From Callorhinchus milii (Eukaryota), in NCBI RefSeq assembly GCF_018977255.1, contig NW_024704742.1:37202001-37266000 (forward strand): a stretch of 64,000 nucleotides of DNA. The letters run 5' to 3'. Below, piece by piece: positions 11,101-26,100 of this stretch. A program made the position numbers and the translations under genes. The notes under the pieces were generated by a model that saw nothing but the letters and a program-made list of their open reading frames with translations, ran no database searches and was not told the origin of the DNA. How positions within the stretch are numbered: the stretch's first letter is position 1; every line of letters starts with the position of its first letter.

Positions 11101-14100
11101 GGGGAAGTTTGTTGAGTTCAGGGGAAAGTTGGGTCACAGGATACAATAGCATTTATATCTCTTTTACATTTATTTAACAATGTATCCAGTAACCATATTT
11201 CTAACTTAAAATGTTCTTTGACTTTCGCCACTCAGAATTTCTTTGGACCTGAGTTTGTGAAAATGATCAGCGAGCCTTCTATTGCACTGGACCTTCCTAC
11301 ATCGATTCTGGTAAAGATTAACAATGAGAATCATCGCTATCTGTTGACAGCCAGATGTAATCTTGTTGCAGTTCACTCTGTGTTTAAAAACATTCATATA
11401 AGAATTAGTTATTATAATTCCGGTTACAAATTGAAACGTTTTAAGAATGAATGAGGGGAATAATGTGAAGTTTTGTGTAGAAACGAGTATGAAGACACCC
11501 ATCTGATTGGAAGTTTATATCAAGTTTTTTTTAATTGAAGAAACACATTACTGCAATGCTTTGAAGTCAAACCAAATTGACTTTTGCATAACCACTTGTG
11601 ATAGGCAAACCTCTCTACGGGCAGGGATTCTTCCCACTTGGCTCCTGTTAACCCTGCAAGCCCAAACCCTAATGGGTCAGTGGTCCTAGCTGGACAAGCA
11701 GTGGGGCACTTGCCAGCCAATGCTCTCAATGGCAAGCTATGTGATTTTAGCTGGTTAAACTCCACCAGTATCCCAATGGCTTTTGCAAATATGCGCCTAA
11801 TATCCACTGGAATTGAGTCAACAGAGTGCATGCCTCCAAGAAGAGTGCACATTCTGCTCCATGTGCAGGTGGCATTTATGTATATGGAATTCTGTTTGGT
11901 TTGAATAGTCGTAAGCATGGTGATGTGTTTATGCATGTGTTAGACACCCGGCTGACCAGAAAAATTAGAATTTTTAAAAGTGCTTTCAGGTAAGTTTAAA
12001 GCATTCACAGAGAGGTGGAGAGCTATCAGTTTGCACTCTTGACAACATGGACAGCACATTAATTGCCTGGCTTTCCCCGTAAAGCTTTGCTCCAAAGAAT
12101 CCAATGAAGAGCATCCTTTAATCCTTTAATCCTTTGCAGAAAAAAGGAAAAGGTGACGATATCCGGCGCAAATTGAACATCATGCTTCTGAGTGGACAGC
12201 GCTTAGAGTTGACGTGTGACACCAAATCGATGTGTAAGGATGTCTTCGATATGGTGGTTGCCTACATCGGTCTGGTGGAACATCACTTTTTTGCCTTGGC
12301 ATATTTAAAAGGTACATAGATAGCTGTAAAATATTAATTTAACTCTGGCCATTTGTATTTGTCTTGGGTTAACCTCCAGTTTTTCTGGAAAATATTTTTT
12401 GCAAAAACAAACAGCAATATATATATATATATGCGTAAATTTAAACCTCAACAAATGATTAAAAGCAAGATTGTTGGTAATGGAGTGTCATACTTTGGAT
12501 ACCTGGACACTATTATGTTTCTACATCCGACCAAGACGTAGATGCTGGGTTTTCAAGTAATTTTAAACAAGTATCCAGAAAGTAAATTTTCAAGAGTAAT
12601 GCTCAGGTTTGATATGATGATGGACTTTTGGTGTCCTGTAGCTCAGTGGTTAGAGCACTCGCTTTGCAAGCGAGAGACCTGAGTTCAATTCCAGGCAGGG
12701 CGAAACCTTGGGCAAGTTTCCTTACTCCACATGCCTAATAATAATCCCTCCAAAAAACAAAACAATAATAAATTGGTCATTTTCAATCTACGACTGTTTG
12801 TGGGACATTGCTGTGCGCAATTGGCTGCCGCGTTCACCCACAAATATACAGTCGATTCACTTTACAGTGTGTTCTGTGAAGCGCTTTGGGACGTCCTCCC
12901 GACGTGAAAAGCGCTATATCAAATGCAAGGATTATTATTATTATTATTATTATATTATTTTGACTAAACTTATTGAAAGCTGCATTTATCTTCCAATACT
13001 GACAGCAAATGCTAGCTGGGAACATTAGAATTTTGCAGATCAGATGTCTCAGACAAATGCTTACATTGAGTAATCTATATCACACCCACTGCTTGGGTTG
13101 ATCATTGTTCAAAAATCATCATGTATTTGGACGAACTCACACTCGTTGCTAATTTGCTGGTTCCCTCCTGCCAGCATCTTGTTTGCCAGCATCACAGTTC
13201 ACCTCACTGTGAACTGTTGGAATTTCTAATGTTTACTTTTAATATTGCAGCTGGAATTCTGGCTGTTCTCCGTACTTCTGCTTTACATCACATACTGTGG
13301 TCAATGTTAGAGCTTGCTTCACATTGACCTCTGTGATCTTGGATATGGAAGCTAGCTAGTAGTCAAAATGTGTTTTAGACAGCATTTAAACAGTGCTTCT
13401 ACGGGCATGAAGAGTCACGGTATTTAAGCTTAGACCTAAGATTTCAGCATAGCTTAAGATTCACCACCCTTCGTGCTGTGCTGTGGATTCCCTGGGGAAA
13501 TGCTATTTGCATTGCGGGCACTTTTGTTGCAGGCCATGGAGTGCTGACATTCCTACAGCATATTTTAGAAGCTTTTGAGTGTTTTGTTTGTCATGTTCCA
13601 GGGATGATATTCTAGCCAACACAAAGGTGATAGGTTCTCGGTTGCCATCTGTATTGAAACATCTCAGGGTGACTATCCTGTTGGCCTGTTCTTCAGATTG
13701 TGTTGGCTCCAAGCCATCTTCAATTTTTTTTATGCTGGGTTAATTCTTTGCTCATCAGCAGTGCAGTAATGACTACTGGGGTTTATCATATTTTGGGGTT
13801 GAAGAGGGCACTGGTCAGGAAATTGTCATTGTAAATAGCATCTAATATTGGAATAAGTGCCTCAGGACTTGAGGTGCGTTTTGTGCTCAAATATCCTGTC
13901 CTTTTTTTGTAGAAAATGAACTATTTTTTGTTGAACCTGAATTAAAATTGTCCAAAGTGGCACCAGAGGGATGGAAAGAAGAGAAGAAAAAGAACAAAAT
14001 GACTGTAAATTTCACCCTTTTTCTCCGCATTAAGTTTTTTGTAGAAGATGTCAGCTTAATCCAGTAAGTATTGCCATATCTCTACTCTGTAGGTACTTTT

Positions 14101-17100
14101 TTCACCAGTTCATTCAAATAAAAGACAAGGCAGAGATTGTAATTTTAACCCCTGCCTTAAAAAAACACCAAATTCAAAATTGTCCACAGTTATTTTAAGT
14201 TGCATTCAAAGTGAAGTAATTAACATCTTGGGAGAAAAAAATTGCCATTGTTTTGTTAATTCTGGCATCAAAGCATCCCACGTGAGTTAGCTCCATTCTC
14301 TCTGCAGAATATATGATTTTGCCAAAGTATTATACCTCCACTATTAGATATGGTTTGTTGCAACTTGTATAGCTGTCTGGGTTACTGTCAGGTGCTTTAG
14401 ACAGCTGTCTAGCTTAATCGTTGATCATTTGTGGCTAATATTTAACCTTAATAATTTAGTCTAGAAATACCCCAATATGTTTTTTAAATAAAATTCACCA
14501 ACTCATTCCAAGATGTTCCTTCCCCTTCCCTGTAATCGTGGCTGTACCTTTCCACCATTGTTTATCTTCAATTGTCTCTCATCAACTCTTCTGACGGTCT
14601 TGTCTAGTGCTGACTATTGATGTGCACATATTACGTATCTCAACAAATGGTGTGTGTATTTACATGAGAGCACTGACTTAGTTGGTGTCCAGTAGGCTTG
14701 GGGCATAATATTAGACTTGGACTTGTTGAACCTCACAGTAGCTGGTGAATTGTAAATTGTCCTTAAAAGATGTCTTTGGCCTGTTGAAAGTGGATATTCA
14801 TCAAAAGCCTGACAAACAAAATCTCTGATGTTTGAAATGGTGACTGCTGGAATTATTTCATGTTAAAAACCAGCAGGAATAGCCTTCATTCCATTACTCT
14901 GAGTTGCGTTCAGACCCGATCTCAAATGAAAGGGTAGTGTTTAAAATTTTTTGCAATCCTGCCCATGGTATTCTGAAGGCCCAAGACCATATTCATAACA
15001 ATCTCATACTTACAAATCTAGTAACATCTAATTCTGACTTGTGGTAGATTTGCACTAGGTCCACTTGGAATTAAAATATAATTGCCCAGATCAGTTTCCT
15101 TTTAAATTTCTTAACCGCTGGCCTAAAAAGGCGACATTTATCTCATCAGTCTGAGCTACATTCAAACCCAGTTTCCAGGGATGAAAGGATGGTGCATTAA
15201 TTCTTGATGCTTCTCAGTTCCCATCCATGATTTTAACAGCATTCGTAATATTCTTTTACAATTCAGATTACTATTTTATAATATCACCAATATTAGTTGG
15301 TAGTGCACTTGCTTCTCACTCAGAAGGTTGTGGGTTCAAGCTCCAAATTGGGACTTAAAGCTCATATTGTCTAAACTGGCACTACAATCCAGTGTTGGGT
15401 GTGTACTGCATTGTTGGTGGTGCCATCCTTCAGATAAGATGTTAAACCAAGGCTCTGTTTGCCTACTCGGGTGGACGTTAGAGATTCAACAACACTATTC
15501 AGAAAAAGAAGAGAATTTCTTCCAAATAATCCCGCAAATAAAATTGGTCACCAAATCCACAACATGGCTGATAGTGGGTTATTACTGTATGCAAATTGGC
15601 TGCCATTTTCACCCACAAAACACACAGGCACTGCACTTTATAGTAAAACCTTGTGAAGAGCTTTGTGAATGAAGCACTTTGGAATGTTTTCCCAAGCTGA
15701 AAGGCGCTATACTAAATATAAGGATTATTATTAGTCGTGTAATGTTTATTAGTACATATTGATTTATCATGTGTTAAAATGGTCAATCACTCAGTGAATC
15801 TCTTTTTTTTCCCTAAATTATAAACTTTGTGAAGTCACACGCTGACCAGGCATCAATACTACTTGCAGTTGAGAAGAGATATTTTGGAAGAGAGGTTACA
15901 TTGTGATGAAGAAACTGCCTTGCTACTTGCATCATTAGCCCTCCAAACAGAATTTGGTGACTACCAGCCCGAGGTACACTTGAATTTACTGCTCTGTATC
16001 TGTAGTAACCTGCATAAATTACATGTACTTCCTCCACATTATGCCATGGTATGCCATTGCCTTGCTGAGTCCTCAGATTTAGCACAGCCTCCGTTGTATA
16101 TAAATATGCCAAATCAAAAAATTCATAGAAGAGTTGAAAATGTGCACATCAGAAAAAAAGGCATTGTAAGTAATGTCTCAACTTTAGAAAAAGCTCCTCA
16201 GTTAAGCAGTTAAAGTGACTGCTTCAGGGAACCCCACATACAGCAGACCAACCTGCAAGAACTCTATTCTGAGGCTTTTGAGAAGTTGGACAAACATTTC
16301 TATGTACTTGCAGACAGAGCAGTAGATTACTGTAAATACAGTAACTATTGAGTGGTATTGGATTGAATAACATGAATCTGAAGATGAAAGTTACAATGAG
16401 ACTCGTTGGTTTAGTTTGTTCATTGTGATTTCTATCACACATAGATACCATATACACATAAAATGAGCACATCATTTGCAAATTTTTGACACAATTAAAA
16501 TTTGGTGTTCTTAGTGAGTTTATTATCAGTCAAAAAGGTTTTCAAATGTTGTGGTCAGTAAGACCTGGGAGTTTGTGGTTGTCTCATTGGACATGGCAGG
16601 AAGCTGGAAGAGACAATAGGATCATAGATTTGGGAGTAATTGGTGAACCCCAATATAATGCCCTTCAATATAGCACTTCCTCATTTATAAGGCAAGTAGG
16701 TAATGCACCCCAATATTTTGTGACATCAAAGCCCGAAAATCCCATTATTGTAAGAATACAGTTAGTAGATTATGTTGTGCATCATGAGAATAGTGCAATC
16801 AGGCAAGTATCATAATGTGAGAGCTTTCCTTGCAGGTGCGCAACGAGCCGCAGTAACATCACTAGTGACAAAACAAATCCGGATGTGTTAACTGGTGATG
16901 AGTTTTTTTTTAATGTCCTTGCTTATAATGCAGGTTGGAATTTCCTGGATCTCAACAGCCACATAATAGGATGGTTCTCCTGACATTTGTCCAAATTTTT
17001 GTGAAATGTTATTTTTTGATTTTTAATGTGTGATATGGAACTACAGTATTTATTTTTGCTCTCGATAGCTTCATGGGAAGAATTATTTCCGGCTTGAACA

Positions 17101-20100
17101 TTATTTACCAGCCGGAGTGATGGAGACGTTGCACCACTCCTACATGAAGGAAGAACTGACCAAAATGCACAGCACATATTGTGGAGCCACAGAAACAGAG
17201 ACTCAGCTTGAATTTATGAAGGTATTGCCTTTTAGTGCGGAAAGAGGGAAATCAGATTTGCGTTGTTTAAAATATTTCTCATTGTTCCCAGTTTTACTGA
17301 GTTCCTTGTATTGTAGTATTTGATGTTAAATTAATATTTTCTTTAGTATTTAATGTTCCCTTTAAAATATCATTTCAATGGAGGCCATCACTTTTTCACC
17401 CAAGTGAGATGGTGCTGAAAGTACAGCTTTCTGAAACTTGGACAAGGGATCAATTCTGAGCAAGTATTGTTTAGAAAGTGGAAAAATATAGAGGGTTAGA
17501 ATTGAAACATACTAACATTTTGCGCGACTGGCTGGTAAACGGATAGCATAATATGTATCTTGTGGAATAAAACTACATTTAAGCATTCTAACCATGTGAT
17601 GCCAAAGTTCTTTCATCAACTATTCTTTTATTAGATTTGTATGGACTGAAGCAATGGTACAGTTTAGGCTGTAAACTGCTTTCAGGCCTCTGGTGGCCAG
17701 AGTGGTATTGCACTAAGAGCTAACTGCGGCTTTTTCTAATATTGAAACATTAGGGTCATACAGAACTCATCCAACTTTACTTACATTAAGTACTCAACTC
17801 CACACTAGCTGCAGTTATTTCTGTCTAGTAAAGACAACTATTGCTGTTGAGATACAATGTACTTGTGTGTATGCAGATTTTGGCTTTTACGTCTTCTCAC
17901 TCTAATAGGAACCGACTCAATACTAAATGTTTCAGAGGGGACTCTTAATATAATAGATAAGGAACAATATATAAACCAAGGCATCAGCACAGCTTCAGGA
18001 CTGTGATATCAGGGCAGTCAACAGTAACTTTCTTAATGATTGAATGGGATGGGGAGTATGGGGGGTGATCCCAGGACACTTTAACAAATTGCTTGATGAT
18101 GTCTTGGGAAGAAGGTAGAGTGGGTATTCTGGACGGATGAGATTGAATAGGTTGAAATTCATCCCAAAGTTTCTTGTATTTGTGCTGTTTGGATCTCTAG
18201 TAATGGCAGCAATGAAAAGAATGCTCAGGGTTGCAGTGGAAGCTATTTCCTGGAACATCAGACTTCTATATAATTACTATCTGCACAGTGGAGAGATTGG
18301 TAGTTAGTTTTATGGTAGGGTGGATGAGTAGAATCCCGGCTTGACTGCTTTCGGTAATATCCGTGATCCACTTATGGGAAGTGTTAAGGGGTCACGGACA
18401 TATTCTCGTTGCACCCTGCAAATTCCAGAATTTTAGATGTTTAAACCTGAAATGGTGAAGGGGTGGGGGGTGGGGGGCGGGGGGAGAAGAGAAAATAAAT
18501 ACTATTTGCACGGCTCATGGCTGATCTACATGCATACGTTATAATTTTCTAGTACTACAATGTGAAATTCTGTAGGCTCACTTTGTTTTTATGTTATTTA
18601 TTTATTTTTCTGTTTGACTTGGCTTTCAGGTGTGTGAAAAACTGTCCGAGTATGGCGTGCTGTTCTACCGAGTTATGCCAGAGAAGAAATCGTCCACTGG
18701 GATAAATCTAGGCATTTGCTCTAAAGGGGTTATCGTTTATGAGGTTTGTAATGGGGTCAGGACATCCATTCTTCGGTTTCCATGGAGAGACACAAAGAAA
18801 ATTGCTTTCAACGTAAGTGGGCTTCAGCCATTAACCCTATTGTACATAGCAGCTGTGGTTGGTTCTATTTAGTTTGTTCTATGTTGCCTCTAGTGCTTTG
18901 CATGGGATTCATATGTTGAATGAATTAAGCTTCCAATCTAGTTAAGTTGGTGAAAACTGCTCAGGAGAAATACCTCTTGGAAACTATTGCTCAAACAGGC
19001 ATTTCCTGGGGTATTTTCTTTCGTTGAAAATACAGAGAGGTTATATTCTAAAACAGAACAGTAAATAACCAAATTGAAGTAATAAAATTCAAATGAAGTG
19101 TTGAGGCACTTGAAGTGAATTGTAAATTCTATTCTTGACTTTTAGGGTGTGAAATTCCTCTTAGTTCAATTTTGATGACATGCTTAATGCATCTCCACAC
19201 TGAACTACAGGAGGAATTTCATACCCACAGTGGTTTTGTTTCCCCCTCCCCCACACATACCAAAATGGTTGAGAGTGATAGCAGGTAACCCTGCCAACTG
19301 GCTAGTCTGTTACTGGATAGGTTGACAGAGGAATAATTTATATTCTCCGGATTATCCTTACTGAAGGCTTTTCCCAAAACTCACTCCTAAAATCAGGAAC
19401 TCCACATAACAGATATAATGGAAGAGAAACGATGGCTGTGTGCAGTTGATTACTCAAATTTACTCTGCTGGCAGATTTGTGAGGATTAATGTGGCTGATG
19501 ATTTGTACACAGTAATGCCCTACAAACAGCCATGAAGTAAATGATCAATTTGATCTGGAGAATTGTTGGCCAGGACTCCAGGAGAAACTCCTTCAGAGAC
19601 TGTGTTTTATTCTGTGAATATGAGGTGAAAGGACAGTGCTGTATTTCAATATTGTAATCTTTTAACTTTAATTCCTTCCTCCCCAAGAGGTCATATTTAT
19701 TGACATTACCTATCATTTACAGCAACAACAACTTGTACTTATATAGCACCCTCCACGCAGGGTAGCATCTCAGAGCGCTTTATTATTAACCCATGTGCTT
19801 CTTCTAACTCAATCATTTTAACTACAGAAGTTGTTCTCTTTTGACTCAACTTGAACTGATTTACAGACAATTACTTTGTATGTGGGAGGGGGAGATCGCC
19901 CACAAAATATACAGTCAATTCACTTTACAGTATATTCTGTGAAGTGATTTGAGACGTCTAGAAAACGTGAAAAGAGCTATATCAAATCCAAGTGTTATTA
20001 TAGCAATTGAAAATATTTAATAGGAAACTTGTTATTTATAATAGAATGAGTCAATATAATCTTGGTTTTATTTTTCAAAAGTCCATGAACCATATGTTAG

Positions 20101-23100
20101 TTGAGTATAAGTTCAGCATTGTAACCACAAAGAGTTGTTGTAGTCAAACTGTTTAATCTAATACTGCAGTTAATGTTTCTCATTTATCGTTATAATTATT
20201 TCATACCATGTTCTCTTCCTGATGACAGAGAAAGAAGATTACCTTGCAAAACACTTCAGATGGCATAAAGCATCTGTTTCAGACAGATAGCAGCAAGACC
20301 TGTCAATATCTTCTGCACCTGGCTTCATCCCAACACAAATTCCAGCTTCAGATGAGGGCACGGCAGAACAATCAGGACCTAAAGGATTTTGGTATGTATG
20401 TAACCTATTAGGCACAATTGGTACCAGAAAATAAAATTAGCTGCAATTCAATGAGAGAACCACCCAACATTTCTGTACTGTTCTGTAATCAGATGATCAG
20501 AGAGAATTCAAATTTTAAAATGGAAGCACAAGTACCCACATTTCACTGTTGCTTTCACAATTAAAATATTTTATACAAATAGATCCTGATCCACGCTTTC
20601 ATTACATCCCGGCTTGACTACACCAACTGCCTGCTCACTGGACTTCCCAACTCTTCCCTCCACCAGCTGCAGATTATTCAGAACTCTGCAGATCGTGTCC
20701 TCTCCCGCACCAGCTCCGGGAACCTATCACCCCTGTTCTTGCCTGACTTCACTGGTTCTCCATTCATCAAATAATTGAGTACAAAGCCCTTGTTCTTACC
20801 TTCAAGACTCTCCACGGTCTTGCTCCCCCCCTACCTCTCCAACCTCATAACCCCAGCTACTTCCGCTCGTCAGATACCAGCTGGCTTCAGGTCCCCTACA
20901 CATCCCACCCCACCATTGGCAGTCGGGCATTCAGCATCTCTGCCCCCACACTCTGGAACTCTATCCCACATTCCCTCCACCTCACCCCTTCTTGTGCCTC
21001 CTTCAAGTCCTGTCTGAAGACCTTGCTCTTCAACCGTGCCTTCGGCCACCCAGCTTGGGTCCAAAACCCCCGATTGTCCAGTGCTGTGGGATGTCTTCCG
21101 ACATGAAGGGAGCTATACAAGTATAATTTGTTGTATGTGTAACCCACGTGTACAGAGGAAATTGCAGCTACCATGGATTGTTATGAACCCATGTCATGAA
21201 ATTGTTAATGACACCATTTTTAAAAATCCACTTAATTTCTTAATGACTTAGTTAAAAATAAGTATAATTCCTTCTGGGTATATGCGTTTTCATGTGGTTG
21301 ACACAAGATGTGTAATACACATGTTTACACATGGCAAATGATAGCCACCATTTTGTGGCATTGGTTGAAGACTTAGGAACAAGCTCTTCAGTCAGTTTTT
21401 GGCAAGAGGAAGGTGTGTAGTAGGCTTGGAAGTGTTTGGAGAAATAAATTAATGTGTCGCCTATAAAAAAAGGTACCATCTGAAATAAAATATTTATTTT
21501 CTCTTCTTAGAAAAGCTGTCTTTCAACAGCCTGAACTATTATGGAGACTCTGCGGATACGTTTGCAATGGGAAGGGCAAATAGCAGCTTGAGTCTTGCCG
21601 TCAGTGCCTTTAGCAAGTTAAACGATCTACCACAGGCAACACATTCTGAACTCATGAAGCGGATGTCCAGATCAGAGGCTGCACTGAATCGGCCCCTGCA
21701 TTGTCTGTCCAAAAACAAGGTGCCAAGGTCTTTGTGGGATCAGTATCCTCCCATCGTTAGCAAATCCTACTATGATCTCAGTCAAATTCTTGAGTCTCAT
21801 CGAAAGAGTGCTCCCCCATTTAACAGCCAATCACCATGCACGTCAAGTCAGCGGATTGCTCAGAAAGAGCTTGCTGAGTTCAAAGAGAAGACTTCACGTC
21901 CCTGGTCAGATACAGAATTTGTGGCAGGAAATGAGAGACGAACCAAAAGCAGGTATATTTGGTAGTAAAACTGGCTAAGAGTTGCAATTAAAGAAACGTA
22001 AAATGACACCATGCATACCTGTGATATTGGAGGTAAATATACAGGAGTGCTTTCTAAATACCTGGGTAATATGGGTCAGTATTGTGGTCATATTCACAAA
22101 CAGGACAGTAGAGAACTCAATGTCCACATACAGTGTGACTGACATTGGGGTGGAAACAATGCAAATAAAAAACATCACTCGTAATTCAAATTGCTGAATC
22201 AAACTTCTTCCAATAAGAGTTACACTGTCAAACATTACATCCCCTCTAGCTTTTTTTTCTCTAGCTGGCTCATTTTCTCTTAGACATTCTCTTTCTTTTT
22301 TTTTCTGTCTTCTTTCTCATATGAGAACCTGGATTAAGCAATTAATATTCAGTAGGCCTGATATACAGGATTGGGCTTGAATTCAAGGTGAATGGCATAT
22401 CACAAGCTGTTCTGCAAAGATCCTCCTACCACCCTGAAGGCAGATGTCTGTCAAATAGCTGATGAGGAAACTCTGAGGCTCGGGACGACAGCTGCTGGAA
22501 GATGTTACCTGGAGCCTGGTTTCGTGAATACACAGGAATCCAGGGCTTGGTATGACCTTGAATGGTATGCAAAGAGGTAAGCAGCTGCTCTTAAGCTCTG
22601 CACTTCAAACTAATGGAACTATTGCTCAGTTGGTAGGGGCGCATAGCTTACCATTGAAAGACTCTCTGGAAAGCTTTCCCCCTGCTTGTCCAGGCGCAAC
22701 CACCCTGCCCATTAGGGTTTTGGCTGCAGGATTAACAGGAGCTGAGTGGAAAGCATCCCTGCTCCCAGTGCCTGGTCTGCCCTTCCAAGTCCCACTGATG
22801 AGCTTGGCTAACAGGTCTGACATCAGCAGTGCTTTAGAATACGACGGACCTGTTTGGCTCAGGAATCAGACTACTGAGATTACCGCAGAGGGTTGACTCA
22901 ATTCCAACATTCTGTTGCCAAGCGAGTCACCTTGGAGCCAGTTCAGGATTGTCTTCAATGCCTGCCTTCCCATCCTTTAGTCCACCATCACCAATCTGGA
23001 TTTACATCGATCATGTACATACACCACTGAGGAATCAAACTGATAAAACACGGAACCAAGGCAAACCTACAACTTAAGCACCTAATCCTCTGGTTGCCAT

Positions 23101-26100
23101 CTAAGTTCTCGATTATGAGGGAGAAAAGAATAGAGTGTCATGGGATAGATGATCAGAAGGATGTGGAGACTCTTGTAGGGTTAAACAGTTGGGCTGAATG
23201 GCCTGTTTCTGTGCTGTACGTTCTATGTAATCACATGATCTACTGTGAGACCAAATGAAAGAATTTTTAAATTTTGTAACATTCATGTACTGTACTCTTC
23301 TGATTATGCCTAACGCTTCCCTCATCCACCCTGTTTGACTCACTCTTCTATTAGAAGATGGACGAGAACCGCTTTCATACGAGGATAATTGATGTTCAGG
23401 AAATGAAGCCAAATGGGCTAGTGTAAAGTAAATGGTGGGGGTGATTCATCATTCTCAGAAACTGTTAAACCTTCTCAGGCAACTAACCTCGAGATGACGA
23501 AATGTTTGTGATCTACAGGAAAATGATTGGCCAAAATGTTAACTCTTTATAGGCTTTCTATATTCGCGTTGAAGCAGATTACATAAATGGCTATTTAAAT
23601 TATAGCCACTCTTTTGTAAAAAAAACGCTTCTATCCTTTGTTATCAGTGGCTTCCGATAACTAAGTAAGTTTGAATGGGAAAAAATTCAATCTTAAAAAT
23701 ATATCCTTTATGTACCCAACAGGTTAAAATGACAACTGCTTAACATTATTAAAAAAAAGCCACAATGTTTTGATTCAAAACATGTTACAACTATTACTCA
23801 GCAGGAAGTGGCTTTGTAGTTTAACCATCAGTTAACAAAAGCTCCATCTGGGCACTCCAATTCATTTTCAGTGTAATTGATGAAAATAAGCCATTTGAAT
23901 ACTAAATAGTTATTAGAGCTGATGATTCAGATACATTTCTTGTAATCCTCCAGGATAAAGAAGTGTTGATTCAGAAATGCCAATAAATAAAGGATAAAGA
24001 CTGTTTCTGACGGGTTTGATCAGGTGCCAAAGCAGATGTTAGGTAACACAATAAAGACCGGCCTACTTTATGCAGTGTGGAACATGCTGGTATAAATGAC
24101 ACTGACCTCAGATGCTGGTTTTAGAGTATTATCAGCTCAGATAGATGGTAGAGTATATGTATTCTGACAAAGGAATTGACTGTTCTTACTTTATCAGTTC
24201 AGTTACATGGCAAAGTCCCAGCGCCTTGGGATATCCTCCGGATGTGAAAGGTGGTATACAAATGTAAATGTATATTGTAAATGCACTCTGACAAAGGAAT
24301 TGACTGCTTTTATATCCCCTTCCCATTCCATGAGGTATGAGTAGTGAATCATATGATAATCATGGTCTCCACTATTTCAATTTTGAAAATATTTCTATAT
24401 GTATAGATGATGATTATTAGTTTATTAAACAAATCAACTCACTTTTCCTCTTTCACTGAAAATTATTATTTTTCTACCTATTTTGCAAACTATTAAGTGT
24501 TTTCCAAACAAATTCTGTTCAATATGCTGAATTGTTCCTGCAATATTTAACTTCTTGCAGTAAATTATTCCTATCATAAGAACATAAGAATTAGGAGCAG
24601 GAGTAGGCCATTCGGCCCCTCGAGCCTGCCCCGCCATTCAATAAGATCATGGCTCATCTTCAGACCTAACTCTAATTACCTGCCCTATCCCCTAATCCCT
24701 CTTTTTTAAAAATCTATCAGTCTCAGCCTTGAAGATGCTCAAGGACTGAGCATCTACAGCCTTCTGGGGTAGAGAATTCCATAAATTCACTACCTTCCGA
24801 GTGAAGAAATGTTTCCTCAACTCTGTTCTTAAAGACTGACCTTTAATTTTAAGACTGTGACCCCTGGTTATAGATTCTCCTACCAGGGGAAACAGACCCT
24901 CAGTGTCTACTTTATCCAGCCCTTTAAGAATCTTATATGTTTCAATAAGATCTCCCCTAATTCTTCTGTACTCTAGAGAATACAGCCCTAGTTTATTCAG
25001 CCTATCCTCATAGGTCAGTCGCCTCATCCGAGAAACTAACTTAGTGAATCTACGCTGCACCCCCTCTAGGGCAAGTATGTCCTTTCTTAAATAAGGAGAT
25101 CAAAACTGCACACAATACTCCAGGTGCGATCTCACCAAGTATATATACAGTTGCAGCAAGACTTCCCTACTCTTGTACTCTAAACCTTTTGCAATGAACG
25201 CTAACGTGCCGTTCGCCTTCTTAGTTGCTTGCTGCACCTGCAAACTAGATTATGAGACTGGTGTACAAGGGCACCCAAATCCCTCTGAACACTAACACTA
25301 TCTAATCTCTCCCTCTCTAGAAAATAATCTGTTTTTCTATTTTTTCTACCTAGGTGAATAACTTCACACTTCCCCACATTAAATTCCATCTGCTACCTAC
25401 TCGCCCACTCACCTAGCCTATCTATATCCCATTGCAATCTTTTTGCATCATCCTCAGAGCTTACTCTGCCACCTAGTTTAGTGTCATCCGCGAATTTAGA
25501 TATGTTACATTCAATGTCCTCGTCTAGATCATTTGACCTCCACAGTGAAACAAATTTCAAAAGAATTCCTTCTGCTTAGTGATAACAATGAACTTCTTTG
25601 CAGGGAGCAGTAGTTTTATCGCAAACATTCCATCTTGTGGCCGTGCACTAGCTGCAATTATGTACTCTAGTAACGTATGATTATATAGATCTTTCATCTG
25701 TTTAAGTGGTATTTGTGGTGGGGTTCAATATTAGCCGAACAAAAACATGGAATGAAAAGTTTGCTATCATTAATAGCAAAATAAAAAAAAAATTCTTGAA
25801 GTGTTAAAATCCAGTTTCCCCATGTATTTTAGACAGCTGAAGTTAGCAGGCATGACCTCAACACATGAGGAAAGGCTGCTAATCTTGTCGCAGATGTTAA
25901 TGGATGCTGTCAAGTCTAAATACTAGGGTGAAATGATCCAAATTACTGAGTGTAAGAAGCTTTGGTTGAGTTTTCTATGCATTAAATACGTTGTTGAGAA
26001 ACAGGAGATTTCCTTTCATATCATCTAAGCTCACTGTTATTGCTAACAAACTTTTTGTTCCATGCTCATAATGAATAAGTGCAGAATAAAAAGCTAGCTA

